DNA of 64,000 bases, from contig CAVJSS010000001.1 of the NCBI GenBank assembly GCA_963652335.1, positions 125,179 to 189,178 on the forward strand, in the 5' to 3' direction. This document shows, piece by piece, positions 7,604-17,714 of this stretch (the first letter of the stretch is position 1; every line of letters begins with the position of its first letter). Source of the stretch: an uncultured Eubacteriales bacterium. Lineage in GTDB: Bacteria; Bacillota_I; Bacilli_A; RFN20; CAG-826. The notes beneath the pieces were generated by a model. The model was given only the letters and a program-made list of their open reading frames with translations, was not told the DNA's origin and did no database searches. The translations under genes and the position numbers were made by a program.

Positions 7604-10600
7604 GTGAACCTATTAATTGATGCAAGCAGCATTGTCAAATACGAGAACATAGCTTTATGGGTGTTGTTCGGACTTGTCCTTTTCGTTTTGCTATTTTCCA
7701 TTTTCCGCGGTGCTTTCCGCGGGTGGGCATATGGAACATATCGTTTGATTTTCTTTGCCATCGTCATAACCGTTTTGTTTTTGACATTGGGCAAAGTAAC
7801 CGAAGCGATAGGCAATATCGACCTCTCGAAATGGATAAGCCAAAGCATAAATCTCACAATCAGCGATAAAACGATAACCGCTCCAGTAACCAGCGTTTCT
7901 GGTACCATCACGGCGTTGATCGAAGATGCGATAAAAAAGTTCGACATGAATGTCGACCCGACCAATTTGGCTCAAATGGCGACTGGATTGACGCAATCTT
8001 TATTGAAGGTCTTGATGATATTCATCTATGGCATTTTGCTTTGGACGGTCGGCAAATTCCTTTGCTGGATCCTTTGGCACGCCGCTTTCAAATTCATCAT
8101 CCCAAAATCGAAACGCAAACTCACCAAAGAGGAAAAAACCGCAAATGACGCCCTTCCCCGCAGGCAAAGAAAGAAGACCATCTATCAAAAGGTTCGCGGC
8201 GTTTCCATGGCCCAAGAAGTGGTCATCAACCTTCTCCTTTTATCGATGCTGATCGTTCCGATAAGTGGTACCATCAATTCGATTGCCAACTCTTTCAACG
8301 GCACTTCGAAAGAGTCAACGGCAAGCGAAAAGCTAAAAGCCGATAATGATACGTTGAACACCATCCAAACCGCTTTGGATACCTATCAAAATTCCGTTTT
8401 CTCCAAAGCCTTTTTCGGATGGACGGTCAACCAAGAAGGCAAAAGCTGGGACACCCAACTTCTTTCTTTCTTGTCAAAATCGAACGTAACGAAGGATATG
8501 ACCATCTCCGTCATCGATGTCGTTTCGGAAGCAGCGGGAATCGGAAAAGAGGTGATTGAATCCGGACTGCTTTCAGAGGGAGGAACGACCTTCGATAAAA
8601 TCTATCTTTTGCTTACTACGGAATATGGCGTGAAGATTATCTCTACATTAGCAAACTCTGAATTAGTCACTTCTATTTTGCCAATGGCATTGGAATTCGC
8701 CGCGAACATCGATACGATCAAAAACTACATAGGGAATTCCTTAGGCATCGATTATTATGGCTACAACTGGTCAGCGACAGTTGAAGAATTGGGCAACATG
8801 ATCACCGATCTTCAATCATCTGATATTTTCACTTTCTTCACCGATGAAAACGGAGAGGCTCATTTCGATACCGATTCGGTGGCTTCTATTTTCTCTGAAA
8901 ATTCCAAAAAGGCGATGAACGCTTTGTTTGAAAGATTCGCCAAACGTCCAGACGAAAAGAATTTATTCAGTGATTTGATTACAGTGTTCTTAGTCAACTA
9001 TGCCTTGAATTCAACCAGCGATTCCGAAGGTATTGCTTTAAATGACTTCTTGCCGAGCACCGATGGATGCGAATATGAAACCGATGACAACACAGGTCGG
9101 AAATACATTTCCAAATTGAATGAAGATTACGAAAATCTTTCGTTAGGAGATGAACTCCAAGTCGTTTACGGGTCTTTATGCGATATCAATGATTTGGACG
9201 ATAGATTGACCGCTCTTATCGTCGATTCCTTAGTCGATGAGGAAAAAGAATTGGACACCGATGTTTTGATCGATATCGTTGTTGATAACATCGACGAAAT
9301 AAACGAGATCATCGTTGGCAAAGACGATATAGAAGAAGGCAAAACATGTTTGCTTGATTGTTCATTTATCACTTATGGCATGGGCGCCATAACGGATTTG
9401 ATCGGTAGCAGTGTTTCAAGTGCTTTGAACGTCGAAATCGACATGAGCGGCGTCAGAAATGAGCTTTTCTCCGAAACTCTTCCGTTCGAAACCAGAAAGG
9501 CCAACGCCAAATCGGAATTGGGAGGAATGCTCAATTTGATAAAATCCTTCGTGAACGCCGACCCAATTTGCAAAGAATTCATCAAAGATTTGGATGCGAC
9601 CCCGGGAATCGTTTATGAGCCTAATGGCAATTTGCATTCCATAGAAGATGGCTTATTGGATGGATTTATCGCCTTATCTGAAGGCATTGACGATTCAAAG
9701 ATATTGACTGCGATTCTGCCTAAGGCTGCAGAAAGTCTTTTATCCAACAATGAAGCGTTGAAAGAATTGGGCATAGATGGATTGAATACCGATGTGGATG
9801 GTTTTGGCAAAGAACTAGCCAAATTACTTAAAGTAGCCAAAGAATGCATGCCGTTGATCCAATTCGTAACCAACAACGCCGCTTCTTTGTCTGGCGCCTC
9901 TTCAAAAGAAATCAGCGAAGTCTTAAATGGCTTAGCCGATTATCATGACCAAATGGTCACATTGTTAAATGGAATCTGTGCCAACAAGATCATAAATGAC
10001 GAAAACAACACCACGTATCGCAACTTATTGCAAAAATTGCTTGGGAACATATTGGGAAGGGAAATAAATTTGCCTGCCGACATTGATCCATCAACCGAAA
10101 ATGTCGTGGTAGCCGACCTTATTTATGGATTGGGCAAAAACTGCACCCCAACCGTCCTCAACGCTCTTTTAAACGGCGGTTCCGTTTCCCTGTCTGATTT
10201 AGGGGGCGTTGATTTCGCCGAAATATTGAAGCCTTTGGATTCTTCCGATGTTTTTGGTGATATAATCGCCGATCTGCTCGATGACGCCATCGTTCCGCTA
10301 TTGGGTTCGTCGGCAACCGATTCCAATCTTTCCTTCAAAAATGTCACGAGTTGGCAAAATGAGGGAGACGCTTTGAATTCTATTATCAAATTCGGCGCGG
10401 AAATCGGTGATATTTCGAATATCGATCTATTCAATTCCGACCCTGATGCCATCTCTTCGATTATCAAGGCATTGTCGCAATCCCAGATTTTCAACAACAA
10501 AACCAGCGACGGAATAGAATATACGTTCGGTAAATTTTTCTATAAGACGATCATTGACTCTTTAGGCGATTCTATTTCATTCTTCGAAGACAAAGACCCA

Positions 10601-13600
10601 AATGGGAAAACCGCTGAAGAAAGAACCCAAGCTCTTTGCAATTCGATGTCATCCGTAAGTCAAAGCGGGTGGGAGCAAGAAGCGGAAGCTTTCGGCGATA
10701 TTCTGGCCAATTTGAATAAGGTATTAAACGGTAGCAGCCTTTCTGGAACTTTGAATATCAAAGACATCAAAGCTGCTGCGGTAAAAGGATTGTTGGAAGA
10801 GTTAACGACATCAACGACAATCGGGCGTCCGATCTCCTATCATTTATACGAACAAATCGCCACCAATTTGATTGATGCAGGCATCGATATCGGAATGGGC
10901 GATCACGGATACATGAATATCGATTGGATTTGGGACGCTTTCGAAAGCGAGACACCCGATGCCATTTATAACGAAATGTACTACTTGAGCCTTTTGATAG
11001 AAACCGTGTTGGATCCTTCCTATGGCTTGCTAGATGATTCAGGCAATATATCCTCTGATGGGTTGGATTTGTCTAAGATGTCAGGGAAATATATGCTCAC
11101 TCCTTTGACCAAATCGATGGCTAAATCAATCGTTTTCAATACCATTCCAGACGGAGAAACAACTCCTACGGCTTTCGAAAATCTTCTTACCGAGATGATT
11201 GCCGATTCCGGAATCTATGGAACGAATGACAAACAAAGCAAAGCCGAAATATTGGAATATGTCCAAAATGTTTCGCCAGGCACCCAAGAGATTTCCAAAG
11301 CCAAATTCTCTAACCGTCTTTCTGACGATGGGCCTTGGAATGAGGAATGCGAGGCTTTAGGAAATTTGGGCGATTCGATCAACGAATTGGGAATCAGCAT
11401 CTCTGATTTCAGCCCATCTTCGATCTTCAAAAATTCAGTTGGCGAATTGCTCAATGAGCAAGAACGCGAGACCAAGCGATTGGCTTTAAACGATGTCGTT
11501 TCTGCAGTCAACGATTCAAAAATCCTTTACCATTTGCTCCCTAATCTGATCAAGACCGGTATCGATAGCGTGGCCTCTAGTTTGGGCGGAAGCGCAACAC
11601 CTAATTATTATTACGTGGGCAAAGGCATTAACGCCGATCCGTACGGAAAGGATGAAATCGAGAACCTTACTTATATTATCTATTATGCGGCCCAAGCCGA
11701 TTTAAGCGTCGATATCAACGAATTGGATATTGATTCCGCTTCCGAGATTTTAACCTGCTTGGCCAAATCCCATATCTTCAATAGCGTTTCTAACGACGAA
11801 ACAAGCAACGAGACATTCTTCCAATCCGTCATGGCGGATGTCTATTCCAAAGACGAAATAGCGAATTACTATTATCGAGTCGAAAACCCAAAGGACAATC
11901 CTGAATACAATAAGTCGATTTCCTACACGGATTCGCGGAGCAAAGCCATCGAAACGTTGGCTGAATTGTTCCCGGCTATGGAAACCAGTTCTAGCTGTGA
12001 TTCCCAAAAGAACCTCGAATTGCTCAACGGCGATTCCAATTCTTTGAAGAGTTTCGTCAAAGTCATCCAAGACAATAAAAAGGCTTATGAAAAGATAACG
12101 TCAAACAACGTTATGGAATTAGACAGCGAGACGATTAAAACGATTTTCAAAGAATTGTCGGGCAACAAGCTATTCGCCGATATCTTGGTTAATGCTTTGG
12201 GAAAGACGTTCTCGGATGGCTTTGCTTCATCGATGATCGATATGAGCAACGCCAACCCATACTATTGCTATTGGCTTAGAGACGATGGGACTGTCGAATC
12301 CAATGATTCGGAAGCCGATTTCACCAAGACGATAGGCGATGACGAAATCGATGTTTTGGCCGACTTCATCCCATTCTTCAATGAAAATTCGAAGATGTTC
12401 GACGATCTTTCTTCTTTGTCTATCGCTTCTAGCACAATAGAAACTTTTAAGAGCATGCTTAATATGCTTTATGATTCCTATATTTTCCATAACGGTTTGG
12501 CGTGGGATCAAATGGGTACGAAAGCCAAATCATCCTGGCAGAGCGATCTAACCGTATTCGAACAGGCATATGGTCTGATCATCAAAGAATCTGGTTTGGC
12601 TGATATGAATTATTCTTCTAGCTTTGATGCGAAATATGCTAGTGCCGAAGAAAAATTGAACGATTACATAAAATCATTTACTGCCGGTAAGTTGGTCTCT
12701 TCTCATTCAAAGGATTGGAAAAAAGAAATCGATGCCTTGACAACCGATGGAAAAAACGGTGGAGCGTTGAATGTCTTACTTAATCTCGGAGTGATCGGCG
12801 AAGACGGAATGTCTGCCGAAAGCATAGATTTGATGAGTTTCTCCCCTGACAAGCTTTCCAAGATGCTCAAAGCCTTGAATGGAATCGATATCGTAAAAGA
12901 AGTCGTTCCTTATAAGATTAAGGACACCTTAAGCGATACTATCGATTTCTCTTCATATAGTAGCCTAGCCCTTTCGTCGAATTCGGTCAGTTCGTTTGAT
13001 TCGGCCGAAACTTGGGGAGACATAGGCATCTTCTCCAAACTGATCATTTCAGGAAACGGAGCTGTTGTCGTTTCTTATACTTCCGATGGCAGCAACTGGA
13101 AAGAAGCTTATAACGGCTCTCTTGCCGGATCGGAAACGATAACGATGGAAAACGCCGTCGCTTTCAAGATCGACGGATCGGCATCAATCAGCGACGTAGA
13201 AGTCGATACGGCCAACTATTTCTTATCTCAAGAGACTTATGGGGAAGATGATGGAGCCATAGATTCGCTGACTACTTTGTTAAATAGCCTATATTTGAAA
13301 AACGGCGGATCATATCCAACCATCGATTCAAGCGATCCCGATGTTATCGAAACCTTGCTAGGCAGCATTACCGATATATTGGTTTTCATCGATGATGACA
13401 ATGGATTCTATGCAAGAGGGTTCGATGAGCATTATAAATCCATAGCCGAAAACGAATCCTTCTTATCCAGAGACGTTTTCATGAGAAATATGCTTAAAGT
13501 CACTTACACCGACGATGGCAAAAACTATGATTTGGATATCGGGAATCATTTCGCTGACCCATTAAGCGACATCCATGATATTTTCGAATCGGATACATAT

Positions 13601-14302
13601 GACGCAAATGTCGAAGGAAACTGGTTTTCAAGCCAACTCAAAGAAGCCGAAAAGGTTGAATTCATCATATCCGGAAATATCGGTGAGATAACATCTGACG
13701 GCAAGACTTTGCCGCTTTACCATTCAAAGACGGAATCCCTCGCCGGCCTCAAAAACGATGCTGGAGACGAATATGTTTTCGAGACATTGATAAAAGAAGC
13801 CACAACTTCTCAATTCGGCTCCACGATCGTTGATAATATGGCCAGATCATTCTTGCTTGATACCGAAAATTATGCGGTTGCTGGCGTTTATTTCAAAGAA
13901 GGCGTCGTCAGCGATCCTAATGATGACGAAATCAGAAAGTCCTCATCGACGGAAGCCAAAGAAATCAACGAAGGATATCGTGATTCATTCAAAGTCGTCG
14001 AAGTCGAAGCTGATAAAAACACGTTGATCAGGATGCTGAAGATTACAGAAGCCTATGGCATCAAAGCGTTCGCCGATGGCACTTCAAGTGCAGCCGACTT
14101 CAAAACCCTTATGTCAGAAATGGATGATAATAATTCGATTATTGATAAATTCTTCTACAACGCCGCGATTTATGATTACATGGTCAATCGTGGTATCTAT
14201 CATGGTGAGATCGAAATTCCATCCCATATGGATAAGATTTCCATTCCAAACGCTTTCGCAACTGATTTCACGTTTGCATCCGTTGGGGCTTTAGCTAATT
14301 GA
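7604..14302 (+). CDS. Giant (2,232 aa) membrane-anchored acidic protein of unknown function
   Basis: Uninterrupted 6.7 kb ORF. GTG start 7 nt after GGAGG, with an extended -10 (TGTATAAT, 7562-7569) upstream. About 4 TM helices lie in the first ~225 aa. The remainder is D/E/S/N-rich with no motif I recognise. Confidence 0.8.
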   Translation: MNLLIDASSIVKYENIALWVLFGLVLFVLLFSIFRGAFRGWAYGTYRLIFFAIVITVLFLTLGKVTEAIGNIDLSKWISQSINLTISDKTITAPVTSVSGTITALIEDAIKKFDMNVDPTNLAQMATGLTQSLLKVLMIFIYGILLWTVGKFLCWILWHAAFKFIIPKSKRKLTKEEKTANDALPRRQRKKTIYQKVRGVSMAQEVVINLLLLSMLIVPISGTINSIANSFNGTSKESTASEKLKADNDTLNTIQTALDTYQNSVFSKAFFGWTVNQEGKSWDTQLLSFLSKSNVTKDMTISVIDVVSEAAGIGKEVIESGLLSEGGTTFDKIYLLLTTEYGVKIISTLANSELVTSILPMALEFAANIDTIKNYIGNSLGIDYYGYNWSATVEELGNMITDLQSSDIFTFFTDENGEAHFDTDSVASIFSENSKKAMNALFERFAKRPDEKNLFSDLITVFLVNYALNSTSDSEGIALNDFLPSTDGCEYETDDNTGRKYISKLNEDYENLSLGDELQVVYGSLCDINDLDDRLTALIVDSLVDEEKELDTDVLIDIVVDNIDEINEIIVGKDDIEEGKTCLLDCSFITYGMGAITDLIGSSVSSALNVEIDMSGVRNELFSETLPFETRKANAKSELGGMLNLIKSFVNADPICKEFIKDLDATPGIVYEPNGNLHSIEDGLLDGFIALSEGIDDSKILTAILPKAAESLLSNNEALKELGIDGLNTDVDGFGKELAKLLKVAKECMPLIQFVTNNAASLSGASSKEISEVLNGLADYHDQMVTLLNGICANKIINDENNTTYRNLLQKLLGNILGREINLPADIDPSTENVVVADLIYGLGKNCTPTVLNALLNGGSVSLSDLGGVDFAEILKPLDSSDVFGDIIADLLDDAIVPLLGSSATDSNLSFKNVTSWQNEGDALNSIIKFGAEIGDISNIDLFNSDPDAISSIIKALSQSQIFNNKTSDGIEYTFGKFFYKTIIDSLGDSISFFEDKDPNGKTAEERTQALCNSMSSVSQSGWEQEAEAFGDILANLNKVLNGSSLSGTLNIKDIKAAAVKGLLEELTTSTTIGRPISYHLYEQIATNLIDAGIDIGMGDHGYMNIDWIWDAFESETPDAIYNEMYYLSLLIETVLDPSYGLLDDSGNISSDGLDLSKMSGKYMLTPLTKSMAKSIVFNTIPDGETTPTAFENLLTEMIADSGIYGTNDKQSKAEILEYVQNVSPGTQEISKAKFSNRLSDDGPWNEECEALGNLGDSINELGISISDFSPSSIFKNSVGELLNEQERETKRLALNDVVSAVNDSKILYHLLPNLIKTGIDSVASSLGGSATPNYYYVGKGINADPYGKDEIENLTYIIYYAAQADLSVDINELDIDSASEILTCLAKSHIFNSVSNDETSNETFFQSVMADVYSKDEIANYYYRVENPKDNPEYNKSISYTDSRSKAIETLAELFPAMETSSSCDSQKNLELLNGDSNSLKSFVKVIQDNKKAYEKITSNNVMELDSETIKTIFKELSGNKLFADILVNALGKTFSDGFASSMIDMSNANPYYCYWLRDDGTVESNDSEADFTKTIGDDEIDVLADFIPFFNENSKMFDDLSSLSIASSTIETFKSMLNMLYDSYIFHNGLAWDQMGTKAKSSWQSDLTVFEQAYGLIIKESGLADMNYSSSFDAKYASAEEKLNDYIKSFTAGKLVSSHSKDWKKEIDALTTDGKNGGALNVLLNLGVIGEDGMSAESIDLMSFSPDKLSKMLKALNGIDIVKEVVPYKIKDTLSDTIDFSSYSSLALSSNSVSSFDSAETWGDIGIFSKLIISGNGAVVVSYTSDGSNWKEAYNGSLAGSETITMENAVAFKIDGSASISDVEVDTANYFLSQETYGEDDGAIDSLTTLLNSLYLKNGGSYPTIDSSDPDVIETLLGSITDILVFIDDDNGFYARGFDEHYKSIAENESFLSRDVFMRNMLKVTYTDDGKNYDLDIGNHFADPLSDIHDIFESDTYDANVEGNWFSSQLKEAEKVEFIISGNIGEITSDGKTLPLYHSKTESLAGLKNDAGDEYVFETLIKEATTSQFGSTIVDNMARSFLLDTENYAVAGVYFKEGVVSDPNDDEIRKSSSTEAKEINEGYRDSFKVVEVEADKNTLIRMLKITEAYGIKAFADGTSSAADFKTLMSEMDDNNSIIDKFFYNAAIYDYMVNRGIYHGEIEIPSHMDKISIPNAFATDFTFASVGALAN

Positions 14303-14306
14303 TAAC

Positions 14307-14912
14307 ATGCCATTGACCATTCTTGAAGAAACGACTTTCGAGAAGGAAGTGCTTCGTTCTCGATTTATTTGTTCGCTCCGCCATTGCGAAAGCGATGATG
14401 ATTTCGATAAGCATTTGATGGATGCTAGGGCAAAATACCCGAAAGCCACGCATTATTGCTATGGAGCCAAAATCGGATCCAATGAAAAAATGGGCGATGA
14501 TGGTGAGCCAAACCATTCGGCCGGACTTCAGATATTGTCTTCGATCCGCCATAAAAAGCTCGAAAACGTTTCTTTGATTGTCATTAGATATTTCGGAGGG
14601 ACAAAACTCGGGTTGCCCAGATTGACTAGGACTTATAGAGAATGCGCGGAAGAAACGATTTCCCTTTCGAGAATCAAAGAAGCGAAAAAGGGGATGGGCG
14701 TCACCATTTCCCTTTCTTATTCGGAACTAGATCAAATTCGTTATCAACTTGATAGGAGTGGGTTCCAAATTGGTGGTATCATTTTTGAAGATGAAGTTAA
14801 AGTCTCTTTCTTAGGCGAAGAGAGGAAGATCGAAGATTATCTTAAGAATTTCAAAAAGGAGAGCATCCTCTCCAAAAACGAAACCACAATATATTCGGAG
14901 GTAAAAATATGA
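14307..14912 (+). CDS. yigZ: IMPACT/YigZ family protein
   Basis: ATHYCYGAKIG...DDGEPNHSAGLQIL is the UPF0029/IMPACT N-domain signature. The gene starts 4 nt after the giant ORF stop. Confidence 0.8.
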   Translation: MPLTILEETTFEKEVLRSRFICSLRHCESDDDFDKHLMDARAKYPKATHYCYGAKIGSNEKMGDDGEPNHSAGLQILSSIRHKKLENVSLIVIRYFGGTKLGLPRLTRTYRECAEETISLSRIKEAKKGMGVTISLSYSELDQIRYQLDRSGFQIGGIIFEDEVKVSFLGEERKIEDYLKNFKKESILSKNETTIYSEVKI

Positions 14913-16210
14913 TTCCAGCGTCGGAATTCGAAATGCGTAGGGAGCGTTTGTTGGAAACATTGCCAGATAGATGCGCTGTTCTTTTGTTCGGAGGTGTCCC
15001 AAAGATTTCTTCGGCGGACGAGGATCTTCCTTTCGAAATAAACCGCAATTTTTATTATTTGACGGGAATCGATCAGGAGGATTCCGCTCTTTTGCTGGTC
15101 AAAGCAGATGGAGAATCCAAAGAATGGCTTTTCATTCTGCCCTTCGATCGCAATAAGGAACGCTGGTACGGCAAACGTTTGACCATTGAGGAAGCTAGCG
15201 AAAAGTCTGGGATCAAAAACGTCCTTTTGAACCAATCATTGGAATCTAAGTTCGAATCGATATTCAACCCTTCATTAAGGGAATATGGGGATGTCAAAGA
15301 ACTTTATTTGGATTTGGATCGCGAGATAAAAATCGCCGACGGAGAATCGACAAAGACCTTAAAAAGCAAAATCAAAACCCGTTACGAAGAAATCGACATA
15401 AAAGATGTCTATTCCAATATCACTAAGCTGCGCTTGAGGAAATCAAATAGAGAGATTTCCGAATTGAGAAGCGCTATTTCCGCCACGAAAATCGGTCTTA
15501 TGGCCACTTGGAAGAAAATGCAGCCAGGAGTTAGAGAATATGAATTGGCGGATGAATTTCTCAGGGCGATAAACGATGACACTGGTTATCAAGGTCTTTC
15601 CTTTCCGACCATTATGGCTTCTGGGATCCACGGCACCTGCCTCCATTATCCAACGCCGCTAGATCTTATCCATGATGGCGATTTGGTTTTGATGGATTTG
15701 GGGGCTAGGCATGGATATTATTGCGCCGACGTTTCCCGAACCCTTCCAGCCAACGGCAAATTCACCAAAGAACAAAGAATCGCTTACGATATTGTTTTGC
15801 GCTGCAACGAAATGGTTGAATCGATGGCCAAACCTGGAATGACAATCAAAGAACTCGATAGGCTTACCGTCGAATTCTTGGCCAAAGAATGCGTGAAAGC
15901 AGGTTTTATCAAGCGTGAAGAGGACATTGTTGAATATTTCTTTCATGGCGTATCGCACTTAATCGGTTTGGATACCCACGACCCTTATGGTGCGCCATTG
16001 GACCGTTCTTACAAAAATATCCCATTGGAACCGGGGATGGTGATTTCCAATGAACCCGGATTATATATGGAAGATCGTTGTATCGGCATTCGCATCGAAG
16101 ACGACCTCTTGATCACTCCAAAAGGCGCGGAATGCCTGACCAGGGATATCATCAAGGATCCAGACCAAATCGAGACTTTCCTTGCTTCAAAAAACAAGAA
16201 AAACAAATAA
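14909..16210 (+). CDS. pepP: Xaa-Pro aminopeptidase (M24B)
   Basis: M24 metal-ligand motifs (DLGARHGYYCADVSRT, HGVSHLIGLDTHD, NEPGLY, IRIEDD). ATGA overlap with yigZ. Confidence 0.85.
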   Translation: MIPASEFEMRRERLLETLPDRCAVLLFGGVPKISSADEDLPFEINRNFYYLTGIDQEDSALLLVKADGESKEWLFILPFDRNKERWYGKRLTIEEASEKSGIKNVLLNQSLESKFESIFNPSLREYGDVKELYLDLDREIKIADGESTKTLKSKIKTRYEEIDIKDVYSNITKLRLRKSNREISELRSAISATKIGLMATWKKMQPGVREYELADEFLRAINDDTGYQGLSFPTIMASGIHGTCLHYPTPLDLIHDGDLVLMDLGARHGYYCADVSRTLPANGKFTKEQRIAYDIVLRCNEMVESMAKPGMTIKELDRLTVEFLAKECVKAGFIKREEDIVEYFFHGVSHLIGLDTHDPYGAPLDRSYKNIPLEPGMVISNEPGLYMEDRCIGIRIEDDLLITPKGAECLTRDIIKDPDQIETFLASKNKKNK

Positions 16211-16229
16211 CTATCAGATTGGAGATTTT

Positions 16230-17714
16230 ATGGAAAAATACGTACTTTCGATTGACCAAGGCACGACTTCCACCCGCGCAATTTTAATCAATGGCAAAGG
16301 AAGAGGCGTTTATATGGCCCAACGCCCCGTTGATTGTTATTACCCAGAGCCTGGTTGGGTCGAGCAAGATCCTGAACGTATTTGGATTTCCGTGGTCGAC
16401 GTCATCAACGAATTGTTGATCATATCCGGCGCCATTTGGGATGATATCGCCGCAATAGGCATAACCAATCAGCGCGAAACAACCATCGTTTGGGACAAAA
16501 ACACCGGCAAGGCTATCTATAACGCAATCGTTTGGCAGTCCAAACAAACCCAATCGATCTGCGAAAAGATGGAAGACAAAACCGAATTCATCGCCGAAAG
16601 GACCGGCTTAAGGCTTAACCCTTATTTCTCCGCATCGAAGATTCGCTTCATTTTGGATAATGTCGGCGGTGCCCAAGAAGCTGCCGAAAAAGGTGATTTA
16701 TGCTTTGGCACGATCGATAGCTGGATAATCTACAAATTGACCAAAGGCAATCGTTACACTGACTGCTCAAATGCCTCAAGGACGATGTTATTCAATATCC
16801 ATACGATGAAATGGGACGATGAACTTCTTTCTCTTTGGAATATTCCCAAATCGATGTTGCCTGAAGTGTTGGATAATGACGCTGATTTCGGCAGTGCGAA
16901 TTTCTTTGGGCAAAACAGTGTCCATATTCATGGCGTGGCTGGGGATCAACAAGCCGCTTTGTTTGGACAATGCTGTTTTAAAATAGGAGAATCGAAAAAC
17001 ACATACGGAACCGGCTGCTTTATGCTTATGAATACCGGAGATAAGGCCGTAGCATCCAAAAACGGCCTCTTGACTACGGTGGCTTGGAGAGTGAATGGTA
17101 AAACGACCTACGCTTTGGAAGGCTCCGTTTTCATTGGTGGTGCCGTTATCCAATGGGTCCGTGATCAGACTCGCTGGATCGAAGATGCGTCGGATTCGGC
17201 CTATTATGCCGCTAAGCGCCCGGATACCGGCGGAGTTTATTTCGTCCCGGCATTCGTTGGTTTGGGCACTCCGTATTGGGATGACGACGCAAGAGGCGCT
17301 ATCTTTGGTCTAACCAGGGGAGTCGATAGGCATAATATAACAAGAGCTGCCCTTTATTCGATCGCATATCAAAGCAAGGACGTCATCGACACCATGAAAA
17401 AAGACGCAGGATTGGATTTGACCGTGCTGAAAGTCGATGGTGGAGCTTCCAAAAACGATTTGTTGCTTCAATTTCAATCCGATATCCTCCAATGCGAGGT
17501 CAGAGTTCCTGTCCAAGTGGAAACGACCGCATTGGGCGCTGGATATTTGGCTGGCTTGGGATCTGGATTTTGGAAGAGCTTGGAAACCATTTCCAAACAG
17601 CTTGTGATCGATCGAGTTTACCAGCCTAAAATGGAAAAAGAAGAAGCCGAACGCCTTTCTAGAGGCTGGAGAAAAGCCGTTGAAGCAACCAGGGTTTTCA
17701 AGGTGGATCAATGA
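16230..17714 (+). CDS. glpK: Glycerol kinase
   Basis: MEKYVLSIDQGTTSTRAIL...NQRETTIVWD...GDQQAALFGQ. The internal ATG at 16230 follows GGAG. Confidence 0.95.
   Translation: MEKYVLSIDQGTTSTRAILINGKGRGVYMAQRPVDCYYPEPGWVEQDPERIWISVVDVINELLIISGAIWDDIAAIGITNQRETTIVWDKNTGKAIYNAIVWQSKQTQSICEKMEDKTEFIAERTGLRLNPYFSASKIRFILDNVGGAQEAAEKGDLCFGTIDSWIIYKLTKGNRYTDCSNASRTMLFNIHTMKWDDELLSLWNIPKSMLPEVLDNDADFGSANFFGQNSVHIHGVAGDQQAALFGQCCFKIGESKNTYGTGCFMLMNTGDKAVASKNGLLTTVAWRVNGKTTYALEGSVFIGGAVIQWVRDQTRWIEDASDSAYYAAKRPDTGGVYFVPAFVGLGTPYWDDDARGAIFGLTRGVDRHNITRAALYSIAYQSKDVIDTMKKDAGLDLTVLKVDGGASKNDLLLQFQSDILQCEVRVPVQVETTALGAGYLAGLGSGFWKSLETISKQLVIDRVYQPKMEKEEAERLSRGWRKAVEATRVFKVDQ

Noticed and set aside
7474-7996. 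Minus-strand ORFs (163 aa and 101 aa) overlapping the 5' end of the giant gene
   Set aside because: They overlap the promoter, SD and TM-coding start of the 6.7 kb ORF. Their composition mirrors the sense strand, and the CPBP gene already ends the minus-strand operon at 7464.
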